Source: Escherichia phage 132. From it: a stretch of 64,000 nucleotides of DNA. Under the pieces are notes generated by a model. The model was not told the DNA's origin, did no database searches, and saw only the letters and a list, made by a program, of their open reading frames with translations. Of this stretch, positions 42,665 to 51,976 are shown in pieces. Numbering within the stretch: the stretch's first letter is position 1; the number at the start of each line of letters is the position of its first letter. The stretch lies in sequence record MZ417521; one strand, 5' to 3'. The position numbers were made by a program, and so were the translations under genes.

Positions 42665-44929
42665 TCATAATTTACAGGATGAACAATCTTCAGCTTTTGG
42701 AGTTTCTATTTCATAATCATCAGTACCAGAACCGTCGCGGGTATTATGATAATAGAAATTTTTTCCGCCAAAATACCAAAAGTACAAAAGGTCATCAATC
42801 ATTACAGACATTGGAACCTTTCCTTTTGGAAAAATCTGCGGGTCATAATATGTATTCGCTGAAGCTGATTGACATACCCATTTCAGCATAATAGCTACCT
42901 GCGTAAGATAAGGTTTATTACCTTTCTTAGCTAATTTCCATGTATAATCATAGAGGTCTATGTTATGTTCAATATTGGGCACGACTTGATTAAAGGAACC
43001 CTCTTTTGATTCTTTAACCGAGACTGGTCCACGTGGAGGCTCGATACCGTTTGTACTGTTAGAAACTTGGGAAGATGACTCACATGGCATAAGTGCTGAT
43101 AATGTGCTATTACGGATGCCAAAGAGCTTAAGGTCTTCCCGCAGCGACGACCAGTCACAAACGTATTTTGGAGCTGCGATTTGGTCAATCTTTTTATTGT
43201 ACCAGTCGATAGGTAATTCGCCTCGAGACCAACGAGTGTCTGAATAATATTCGCAAGGTCCTTTTTCTTTGGCGAGCTTAATGGATGCTTTAATGAGTCC
43301 ATACTGCAATCTCTCAAATAGTTCATGTGTTAAATCGTTAGCATCTTCATAAGAAGCAAAGTTACTTGCCAGCCAAGCTGCATAGTTGGTAACACCTACG
43401 CCAAGATTACGACGCTTTTTAGCTTTTTCTGCTTCAGGAACTGGATATCCTTGGTAATCCAAAAGATTATCAAGAGCGCGAACTTGAACTTCTGCTAATT
43501 CATTAATTTTATCTTGGTCTTGCCAATCGAAGTTATCCAACACAAATGCAGATAACGTACACAATCCAATTTCAGCATCAGGACTATTTACATCATTTGT
43601 TGGAATAGCAATTTCACAACACAAGTTACTCTGGCGAATAGGTGCCTTTTCACGAATAAACGGAGTATAGTTATTCGTATTATCAATGAACTGCACATAA
43701 ATCCTTGCTGTTCCTGAGCGTTCAGTCATGAGCAATTCAAATAGTTCACGGGCTTTAATACGCTTTTTACGAATATTAGGGTCTTTTTCTGCGGCTTCAT
43801 ATAATTCACGGAAACGGTCTTGGTCTTTAAAATAAGAATAATAAAGCTCGCCACCCATTTCGTGTGGACTGAACAAAGTAATGTAGTCGTTCTTTCCGAA
43901 TCGTTCCATCATTAGGTCATTCAGCTGGACACCATAATCCATATGGCGGATACGGTTTTCTTCTACGCCTTTGTTATTTTTCAAAACGAGAAGATTTTCA
44001 ACTTCCAAATGCCAAATAGGATAATAAGCAGTAGCAGCGCCGCCACGAATTCCGCCCTGTGAACATGATTTAACAGCAGTCTGAAAATGTTTCCAAAAAG
44101 GAATAACACCAGTATGACGCACTTCACCTGTGCCAATCTTAGAACCTTCGGCACGAATCATACCAACGTTAATACCAATTCCAGCGCGTTTGGAGATATA
44201 TTCAACAATTGAAGCGGAAGCCTTATTGATAGACTTCAGCGAATCACCTGCCTCAATAACAACGCATGAACTAAACTGTCGAGTCGGAGTACGACAGCCA
44301 GCCATAATAGGAGTTGGTAATGAAATCTGTCGAGTAGATACTGCTTCATAAAAACGAATAACATGTTTTAATCTATTAACAGGTTCATCTTGATGCAATG
44401 CCATTCCAATAGTCATAAATGCAAACTGTGGAGTTTCATAAATTTGACCAGTGGTTTTATCTTTAACGAGATATTTTTCTTTTAATTGCATCGCCCCGGA
44501 ATAAGTAAATTCCATATCCCGCTCGTGCTTAATTTTTGATTCTAAAAATGTAATTTCTTCTGCAGAATATTTTGACAACAATTCAGGGTCATATTTACCT
44601 TCATTTACACAGTAAGAAATATGGTCAATAAATGAACGTGGTTCATACTGACCGTAAACATGCTTACGAAGAGCAAACATTAAACAGCGTGCAGCTACAT
44701 ATTGATAATCAGGCTCTTCAACTGAAATAGAATTCGCAGCAGCCTTAATTACAATGGTTTGAATGTCATCAGTGGTCATTCCATCACGGAGATATGATTT
44801 AATATTTTCATATAATTCATAAGGATCTACAGATGTTCCTTCAGCTGCCCAAGATAAAACTTTAATAATTTTTTGCGGGTCAAAGCTTTGAGAAACACCA
44901 CTACTTTTGATAACATTAATTAATTGCAT
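42665..44929 (-). CDS. nrdA: Ribonucleotide reductase large subunit
   Basis: 754 aa; T4 NrdA length; C-terminal CxxC tail. Confidence 0.95.
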   Translation of the reverse strand: MQLINVIKSSGVSQSFDPQKIIKVLSWAAEGTSVDPYELYENIKSYLRDGMTTDDIQTIVIKAAANSISVEEPDYQYVAARCLMFALRKHVYGQYEPRSFIDHISYCVNEGKYDPELLSKYSAEEITFLESKIKHERDMEFTYSGAMQLKEKYLVKDKTTGQIYETPQFAFMTIGMALHQDEPVNRLKHVIRFYEAVSTRQISLPTPIMAGCRTPTRQFSSCVVIEAGDSLKSINKASASIVEYISKRAGIGINVGMIRAEGSKIGTGEVRHTGVIPFWKHFQTAVKSCSQGGIRGGAATAYYPIWHLEVENLLVLKNNKGVEENRIRHMDYGVQLNDLMMERFGKNDYITLFSPHEMGGELYYSYFKDQDRFRELYEAAEKDPNIRKKRIKARELFELLMTERSGTARIYVQFIDNTNNYTPFIREKAPIRQSNLCCEIAIPTNDVNSPDAEIGLCTLSAFVLDNFDWQDQDKINELAEVQVRALDNLLDYQGYPVPEAEKAKKRRNLGVGVTNYAAWLASNFASYEDANDLTHELFERLQYGLIKASIKLAKEKGPCEYYSDTRWSRGELPIDWYNKKIDQIAAPKYVCDWSSLREDLKLFGIRNSTLSALMPCESSSQVSNSTNGIEPPRGPVSVKESKEGSFNQVVPNIEHNIDLYDYTWKLAKKGNKPYLTQVAIMLKWVCQSASANTYYDPQIFPKGKVPMSVMIDDLLYFWYFGGKNFYYHNTRDGSGTDDYEIETPKAEDCSSCKL

Positions 44930-45246
44930 AAGTCCTCAACTTGAAAATCGTCTTTAAACAATCGGTTAACTATATGAGCTATTATATCACCATGACACGG
45001 CTTTGGTTTACATGTGCATCCTAGCCTCATTCCACGTAAAGGCTCTAAATGTGCTTTAGTTATTTCTCCGGATTTAATTCGACGTATAAAATCTTTTTTG
45101 AATAATTCAATGGCAGCCTCCCGGCTGCCAGCATCTTTACCGACGTAATTTCCCCAAAATGTACCACGGTGAATATTAACATCAAAGTCGGATTTATATT
45201 TATTCACTACCTGGCATAGACGGCCCGCGCGGTGATAATTCGTCAT
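44920..45246 (-). CDS. Hypothetical protein (nrdA.1-like position)
   Basis: 108-aa ORF with [11 protein letters not shown] Cys/His cluster. Confidence 0.6.
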   Translation of the reverse strand: MTNYHRAGRLCQVVNKYKSDFDVNIHRGTFWGNYVGKDAGSREAAIELFKKDFIRRIKSGEITKAHLEPLRGMRLGCTCKPKPCHGDIIAHIVNRLFKDDFQVEDLCN

Positions 45247-45475
45247 ATTGTTTTTCCGTTAAAACAGTAATATCATAGTAACAATCTGAAGAAGTTTTAA
45301 CTGTAGAAATTTTATTATCAAAATACTCACGAGTCATTTTATGAGTATAATATTTTTTGCCATAAATGATAATAGGCTGATTTGGTCCTGGAACTTCTAA
45401 CTCACTTGGGTTAGGAAGTGTAAAAAGAACTACACCAGAAGTATCTTTAAATCGTAAAATCATATATCCTCGCAA
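45200..45475 (-). CDS. Hypothetical protein (nrdA.2-like position)
   Basis: 91-aa ORF. Confidence 0.55.
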   Translation of the reverse strand: MRGYMILRFKDTSGVVLFTLPNPSELEVPGPNQPIIIYGKKYYTHKMTREYFDNKISTVKTSSDCYYDITVLTEKQYDELSPRGPSMPGSE

Positions 45476-45486
45476 TTAATAATTAA

Positions 45487-46347
45487 TTACACCGCCATTT
45501 TTCCTTTAATAGGAGGGTGTGATTCGTAACCTTTAAGAACGAAATCTTTAGGCCTGAGTTTAAGAACATATTTTAATTGTTCTTTAGTAGAAAGATGACG
45601 GAATTTATAAGGCAATCCGCCTATTACCAGTTCACAAAGCTCTTTAGGTTCACGACGTAAAATTTCTTTACATTGTTCAACGTGATTCATATAGATATGA
45701 GTATTACCGCCAGAAAATATCAAATCTCCAGGAATAAGATTACACATCTTAGCTACAATATGAACTAACGCAGCATATGATGCAATATTAAATGGAAGAC
45801 CGAGGAAAACATCTACTGATCGTTGATACCACTGTAAATCCAAATAGCCATTACGCACATTAAACTGATAGAACATGTGACAAGGCGGTAATGCCATTTG
45901 CTTGAGTTCAGCTGGATTCCATGCTGAAACAACTTGACGTCTATCATTTGGCAGTTTTTTAATACGATCAATAACTTCTACAATTTGGTCTACACCGCCA
46001 AAATCACGCCATTGTTTTCCATAAATTGGACCAAGTTCACCGCTATGGTATCCTAAATCTTTTGCTTGATTTTCGTAATTTTCATCCCAGACTGTTTTGC
46101 CTTGAATTAATGAATCATGCTGAATTAATCGTAAATCATTTACGTTAGTACTTCCTGACAAAAACCATATTAGCTCAGCAATACAAGCTTTCCAGGCGAG
46201 CTTCTTAGTCGTTACTGCAGGAAAACCTTTAGTTAAATCCCAGCGTAATTTAGTACCGAACAAAGCAATTGTTCCTGTGCCTGTTCGGTCATCGGTTTCA
46301 TAGCCATTTTCAAAAATGTCTTTAATTAAATCTTGGTATTGTTTCAT
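45487..46347 (-). CDS. td: Thymidylate synthase, uninterrupted (no group I intron)
   Basis: 286-aa continuous ORF; conserved TS motifs including active-site PPCH. Confidence 0.95.
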   Translation of the reverse strand: MKQYQDLIKDIFENGYETDDRTGTGTIALFGTKLRWDLTKGFPAVTTKKLAWKACIAELIWFLSGSTNVNDLRLIQHDSLIQGKTVWDENYENQAKDLGYHSGELGPIYGKQWRDFGGVDQIVEVIDRIKKLPNDRRQVVSAWNPAELKQMALPPCHMFYQFNVRNGYLDLQWYQRSVDVFLGLPFNIASYAALVHIVAKMCNLIPGDLIFSGGNTHIYMNHVEQCKEILRREPKELCELVIGGLPYKFRHLSTKEQLKYVLKLRPKDFVLKGYESHPPIKGKMAV

Positions 46348-46392
46348 TTAGTACCTTATATAAATTATAATACATTTTATGAAGCTAAATAA

Positions 46393-46755
46393 TCAATACG
46401 GTTTAGCATCAAATTTTCTTTCAATTTCAGGCGTGAAATACAATTCTTTACCGCGTTTGGAAAAGCGACCAATAATATGATAATTATTCTCATCAAACGT
46501 AATATTGCCAATATCCATAGCTTTCAACCAAATATCGATATTTCTATCCAGTTTTATATCAAAATTCCAATACGGAGAACTATTACCGAAAATACTGCAA
46601 GCGGATTCAGTGCAATAACTGCTGCTATAAATCTTGTCTTTGGGAACTACTAATTGATAGACGCCTTTGATAAACTGAGGACCCTGCCATTTTGGTTGTT
46701 TCGCGTCTTTTTCTAATAGAATAGGATAATAATTAAAGTTCATATTTTCCGCCAC
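46393..46755 (-). CDS. Hypothetical protein inserted between frd and td
   Basis: 120-aa ORF in a position where frd and td abut in T4 as recalled. Confidence 0.6.
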   Translation of the reverse strand: MAENMNFNYYPILLEKDAKQPKWQGPQFIKGVYQLVVPKDKIYSSSYCTESACSIFGNSSPYWNFDIKLDRNIDIWLKAMDIGNITFDENNYHIIGRFSKRGKELYFTPEIERKFDAKPY

Positions 46756-46763
46756 GCGTTATT

Positions 46764-47593
<830 letters not shown>

Positions 47594-47603
47594 ATTATTT
47601 TCC

Positions 47604-47846
47604 TTAAACAGACTTTTTCACAATTTTCCAATCAGCTTTAAACTGTTCAACGTCAGAGTGGTAAATCCAGAATCCTGCGCTTTCTCCATCCTCATAAAGA
47701 GGGCATCCATCGCATTCATCTTCCCATCCCATGTCACGTAAAAGATGTTCAGCTTTTTCAACAAGTTCAGAATCTTTACCTATGATATTAAAATACCATT
47801 TACCTCTAACTTCTGAATCTTTAATGCTCTGGCGTTGTAATCTCAT
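47604..47846 (-). CDS. Hypothetical protein (frd.2-like position)
   Basis: 80-aa ORF. Confidence 0.55.
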   Translation of the reverse strand: MRLQRQSIKDSEVRGKWYFNIIGKDSELVEKAEHLLRDMGWEDECDGCPLYEDGESAGFWIYHSDVEQFKADWKIVKKSV

Positions 47847-47900
47847 TTTATTCTCCTTAGTTGATAGGGTAATAGTATCACACTACTACCCTACTGTAAA

Positions 47901-48281
47901 CTACTTTTTGAAAGTTTTTCGCAAAAGTTCAATGATTTCATCTACATTGTTTTCGTCTACAATGCAGTGAATTTTTGTTACGCCAGAAATCTTGTCTTCG
48001 ACTTCATCTTCTTCAGAAGTCGGTTCTTTATACTCACGAAAACAATGAAATTCGTCTTCACAAATTTCTAAAAGTCTATCTTTGAGGTAAAAATGCTTTC
48101 CATTTGCGCATTCAATGTGTTTTACTGCTTTATATCCATTAGCGACAGAAACTTCTTTAACTTCAAACCATCCGCCATTATCTCGAATAGCTTTAACTAT
48201 TGATGAATTAGAACGTGGGCTATAATTAATAAATGTATCAATAAGTCTTGGAACAAGTTCATACTTTCTACCAGTATACAT
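47901..48281 (-). CDS. Hypothetical protein (frd.3-like position)
   Basis: 126-aa ORF. Confidence 0.6.
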   Translation of the reverse strand: MYTGRKYELVPRLIDTFINYSPRSNSSIVKAIRDNGGWFEVKEVSVANGYKAVKHIECANGKHFYLKDRLLEICEDEFHCFREYKEPTSEEDEVEDKISGVTKIHCIVDENNVDEIIELLRKTFKK

Positions 48282-48301
48282 TGTGTTTTCCTCATTTTAA
48301 C

Positions 48302-48318
48302 GGGGCTGTAATAGCCCC
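48302..48318 (-). terminator. GGGGCU-N5-AGCCCC hairpin
   Basis: 6-bp GC stem between two minus-strand ORFs. Confidence 0.4.
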
Positions 48319-48325
48319 TTGATAA

Positions 48326-48556
48326 TTATTGTTCAATCAGTCCCATATAAAATTCTGCATCTTCAGAATCCATGCCATCACAATATTCATTAGCCATAAA
48401 GCGGGTGAGGTCTTCAAGAGGACCTTCAATGACAATAGAAAAATTGCAATAATTGGGATCATCATGAATACTTGTGATACTAAGTTCAGGATAACGATTA
48501 CGAATAATTTCTTCAATATATTCAAAATCAACGATGTCAATATCAACTTTAGCCAT
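48326..48556 (-). CDS. Hypothetical acidic protein (32.1-like position)
   Basis: 76-aa ORF downstream of gene 32. Confidence 0.55.
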   Translation of the reverse strand: MAKVDIDIVDFEYIEEIIRNRYPELSITSIHDDPNYCNFSIVIEGPLEDLTRFMANEYCDGMDSEDAEFYMGLIEQ

Positions 48557-48661
48557 ATTATTTTCCTCTTTTAATCATCAGCAGTATTGCCGATAGTTGT
48601 ATAGTACCATGGAATGACAAGAATGTAAACTGTTTTGTGAAAAAATTTTAAAATAAAAAAA

Positions 48662-48680
48662 GGGGACCTCTAGGGTCCCC
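48662..48680 (-). terminator. Intrinsic terminator hairpin after gene 32
   Basis: GGGGACC-N5-GGUCCCC stem followed on the mRNA by a U-run. Confidence 0.65.
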
Positions 48681-48702
48681 AATTAATTAGTAATATAATC
48701 TA

Positions 48703-49611
48703 TTAAAGGTCATTCAAAAGGTCATCCAGGTCCGTGTCATCAGCACCAGATGAACTGCCAGAGCTTGAGCTCATAAAATCATCTTCAGTTTTTGTTTTGA
48801 AGTCATCAACATTGAATGCATCCAAATCATCAGCAACTTTATCAGCTTTCTTAGCGGCAGTTGCTGCGGCACCGCCCATAGCAGCAGTTCCCATAACTTG
48901 ACTGAACTTAGTGCTCAGTTCTTCAAACGATTTGAATTTATCTTTAGAAGTCATTTCAGAAAGGTCAACCATTTGTTCGAACAGTTCTTTCTGGAAAGAT
49001 TCATCATCAATGTTTGGAATCGCAGATTGATTCAGGAATTTAGATTCGTCGTAGTTACTAAAACCAGAAACTTGTTTAACTTTCAGTACAAAGTTAGCAC
49101 CTTCCCACGGACAAGTTACATCAACCGGAGTTTCACCCATTTCAACATCAACTGCAATCATTGCATTGATTTTATCCCAGATTTTCTTACCGAAACGGTA
49201 TTTAAATACTTTACCTTCATTTTCTGGAGCAGCTGGGTCTTTTACTACAAGAATGTTAGCCCAGTAAGAAGTTTTACGTTTAACAAGACCGTACTCTTTA
49301 TTGTCAGTGTTATACAAATCATTTTTACTGATGTACTGACATACTGGACAAGAATCGTAATCACCGTGGGTAGATGAACAGTTTTCAATATACCATTTAC
49401 CATTTTTCTTGAAACCGTGATTTACAAGAATTGCGAATGGTGCTTGTTCATCATTTTTAGACGGAAGAAAACGAATTACTGCTTGACCGTTACCCGCATT
49501 GTCGAGTTTCAGTTTCCACTCGCCTTTATCTTCAGAAGAAAAACCACCTTTATTTCCAGCCAGTTTAGCCATTTGTGCAGCGAGTTCAGCAGTAGATTTA
49601 CGTTTAAACAT
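48703..49611 (-). CDS. 32: Single-stranded DNA-binding protein gp32
   Basis: 302 aa; [17 protein letters not shown]... and acidic Ser/Asp-rich C-terminus match T4 gp32 by recall. Confidence 0.96.
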   Translation of the reverse strand: MFKRKSTAELAAQMAKLAGNKGGFSSEDKGEWKLKLDNAGNGQAVIRFLPSKNDEQAPFAILVNHGFKKNGKWYIENCSSTHGDYDSCPVCQYISKNDLYNTDNKEYGLVKRKTSYWANILVVKDPAAPENEGKVFKYRFGKKIWDKINAMIAVDVEMGETPVDVTCPWEGANFVLKVKQVSGFSNYDESKFLNQSAIPNIDDESFQKELFEQMVDLSEMTSKDKFKSFEELSTKFSQVMGTAAMGGAAATAAKKADKVADDLDAFNVDDFKTKTEDDFMSSSSGSSSGADDTDLDDLLNDL

Positions 49612-49677
49612 TTTTATTTCCTTTTTAATTTAATTAACAGTTGGTGCTATGACGATGTATGACCTCATAGCTGGTCA
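49612..49677 (-). promoter_or_regulatory. Gene 32 autoregulatory translational operator: H-type RNA pseudoknot (49646-49677) plus A/U-rich unstructured leader
   Basis: On the mRNA: UGACC-A-GCUAUGA-GGUCA-UACAUCG-UCAUAGC, two interleaved stems, then 34 nt of A/U-rich sequence to the AUG. Confidence 0.75.
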
Positions 49678-49710
49678 GTGAGATAATTATAATCTATTTA
49701 TAATAAGCAA

Positions 49711-50364
49711 TTAATACTTGCAGGATTTCACAGTTTCAATGAAAACACTTTTGGCTTTCTGTGAATCAATATTTAAAATTTTTCTATAAGCTTTTAACTT
49801 TATAGAATAATTATTCCAGATTAAATTATCAGTCTGTTCATCATGTTTATCAATTATATTTAAAAACGAATCAAGCAAGATAAACGTCTCAAACGAAATT
49901 ATATTCGATTGAAGTAGTTTAAAAATATAACTTGATTGAACTTTTGGATTATATTCAAAGATTTCTTTAAAAGCAGAAACTTCAACTTTTTTACTAAAAT
50001 AGTAAATATTGCGAATATCTTCTTCAAACTTAAATTTAATTTGCTTTAAGCGTCCGATATATTCACGATAAAACACAAGTGCATCAGCGTCAGAGATGTC
50101 ACCAATCCAAGCATCCTGGTTAGCAACAAGATTGCTTATAAAGATTAAAGCAAGTTCCTTTAATTTATATTTTTCTGATAACTTCTGGAAAAAATACTTA
50201 TCCCTTCGCTTTTGATAAGCGGCATCAGACACCCGCATGCACCAATTATACTTAATTACATCATACTTTCCATTCATATGTTGTTTTATCATTAAGTATA
50301 ATTTATAAACTGATTTACCATCAATATATCTTTCACCACCAGCAGGCATGCGGAGTTTAATCAT
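49711..50364 (-). CDS. 59: Helicase loader gp59
   Basis: 217 aa; matches T4 gp59 by recall. Confidence 0.93.
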   Translation of the reverse strand: MIKLRMPAGGERYIDGKSVYKLYLMIKQHMNGKYDVIKYNWCMRVSDAAYQKRRDKYFFQKLSEKYKLKELALIFISNLVANQDAWIGDISDADALVFYREYIGRLKQIKFKFEEDIRNIYYFSKKVEVSAFKEIFEYNPKVQSSYIFKLLQSNIISFETFILLDSFLNIIDKHDEQTDNLIWNNYSIKLKAYRKILNIDSQKAKSVFIETVKSCKY

Positions 50365-50699
50365 AGTAGAAAATCTAATGTATTAGTTTTTTCACAACGA
50401 ACAACAGAAGGACGTAAAAGATTTTCGTCAATAGCTTCTGACTGAATTTTTTCAATTATACCCGAAGGAATAAATTTAGCAAATTGAGTTTCAGGAATAG
50501 AATTTTCTTCCAAGAATGCTGTTGTAGCTTCAAGATAACTCATTCCAAACTCTTCTACCATTTTTTCAATAATAAATCCATTTTCTTGGCGGTCAAGAAG
50601 TTTTGCTATTTCATCCTTTTCTTTCTTAATTGAAAGTTCTTTTTCTGAAAGACCGGTCTCATCGACCGGACGAATATCATTTAGAGAAAACTGTGTCAT
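50361..50699 (-). CDS. 33: Late transcription co-activator gp33
   Basis: 112 aa from Met MTQFSLNDIRPV... (T4 gp33 by recall); track ORF has 3 extra codons. Confidence 0.88.
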   Translation of the reverse strand: MTQFSLNDIRPVDETGLSEKELSIKKEKDEIAKLLDRQENGFIIEKMVEEFGMSYLEATTAFLEENSIPETQFAKFIPSGIIEKIQSEAIDENLLRPSVVRCEKTNTLDFLL

Positions 50700-50946
50700 A
50701 AAGTTCAACTACCTCTTCGGTTTCAGCTTCAAACACATCACGGTTATCTTTATGATACAAAGCTAACAGACGATTAAACATCTTACCATCAACGCCAAGT
50801 TCATCTTTAGCACGAATTCGAATATCTTTAATCAATTCATTATAACCAGAAATTTTCAGTTTATGGTCAGATGCTTCTTTAATAAATTTAGCTAAGTCTT
50901 CGCCATGGATAGCTTCATCAAATTCAACCATTTCTTTTTTAGCCAT
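50677..50946 (-). CDS. dsbA: DsbA double-stranded DNA-binding protein
   Basis: 89 aa; position between rnh and gene 33. Confidence 0.8.
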   Translation of the reverse strand: MAKKEMVEFDEAIHGEDLAKFIKEASDHKLKISGYNELIKDIRIRAKDELGVDGKMFNRLLALYHKDNRDVFEAETEEVVELYDTVFSK

Positions 50947-50954
50947 TATTCACC

Positions 50955-51872
50955 TCAAAATTCATTAATGCTATTAGTTAATTTAGAAAGACCCGCTTTT
51001 ACAAAATATGAATAAATTTTGCCACGCGGTGGTAATTTATATGAATTATAGTAATTCACAATGTTTGAAGCAATATTATCAGGAATATAATCAAAATCAA
51101 TTAGAACTAAATTTTCTTTGTATCGATTATATTCAGATTCGGTGAGAAGCACCTTAGCTTGCTCACGGTCATTAGCAATAGCTTCAACAATAGATGTTTT
51201 CATTGAAGGAGTTCGTTCACCTTCAACTCTGGTAAACCAAAAGTCAGATCGTACTTTAACTGAAGCGACGTTATCCTTTTTGTCGCCTTTAAGGATTTTA
51301 GTCATACAGTCAATTTCAGCAGAACCGCTTTTAATTTTAACCCATTTCTTGTGCATCGGTGACCATTGCTTAACATTTGGGTATTTATGAAGTTGAGTAA
51401 AGTCACCATCCGATGAAATGATTAAAATCTTATGTCCTTCTAAAGAGAACTTTTTAACAAGAACAGCAATATGGTCATCTGCTTCATACTTATCAATATC
51501 CATAACAATGTATGGCATATAAGCTTTCAATTCATCTATAACTTTATGGCTGGATTCAAAATAACCTTCCCAGTCCCAAGTAGATTCTTCTCGTGCTTTT
51601 CCACGGTTTTTCTTATAGTAATAAGCAAAATCACGACGCCAGTATCCAGATTTCGCGTTATCGATACACAGTACAATTTTAGTGTATCCAAGAGTTTTTG
51701 CTTTTTTGACATTAAACTTAATTGAGTTCAATATCAAATGACGAACCATTGATAAATTAATTTTTTCTTTATCTGGAAAGTTTACTAAAGCAGTCGAAAG
51801 TGCAATTTGACTAAAGTCAATTAAGCAAATTCCTTCTTTGTAATCTTCATCCAGCATCATTTCTAAATCCAT
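50955..51872 (-). CDS. rnh: RNase H (5'-3' exonuclease / flap endonuclease)
   Basis: 305 aa from Met MDLEMMLDEDYKEG... (T4 RNase H by recall); track ORF has 5 extra codons. Confidence 0.93.
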   Translation of the reverse strand: MDLEMMLDEDYKEGICLIDFSQIALSTALVNFPDKEKINLSMVRHLILNSIKFNVKKAKTLGYTKIVLCIDNAKSGYWRRDFAYYYKKNRGKAREESTWDWEGYFESSHKVIDELKAYMPYIVMDIDKYEADDHIAVLVKKFSLEGHKILIISSDGDFTQLHKYPNVKQWSPMHKKWVKIKSGSAEIDCMTKILKGDKKDNVASVKVRSDFWFTRVEGERTPSMKTSIVEAIANDREQAKVLLTESEYNRYKENLVLIDFDYIPDNIASNIVNYYNSYKLPPRGKIYSYFVKAGLSKLTNSINEF

Positions 51873-51934
51873 ATGAACCTCGTTCAATTAGTGAGATTTC
51901 TATTATATACCATCCAAATCTTAAAGTAAACAAG

Positions 51935-51942
51935 TATAAATA
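51935..51942 (+). promoter_or_regulatory. Late promoter TATAAATA for gene 34
   Basis: Exact TATAAATA 35 nt upstream of ATG 51977. Confidence 0.55.
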
Positions 51943-51976
51943 CTTATTATTGAAAACACAATAGGAGCCCGGGAGA

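Noticed and set aside
45487-46347. Looked for group I introns / intron-encoded endonucleases in td and nrdB
   Set aside because: Both reading frames are continuous with no inserted non-coding segment
46348-46392. Near-TATAAATA sequences upstream of td (TATATAAATT) and upstream of inh
   Set aside because: One-mismatch variants only; late promoters require the exact core in most characterised cases, so not called
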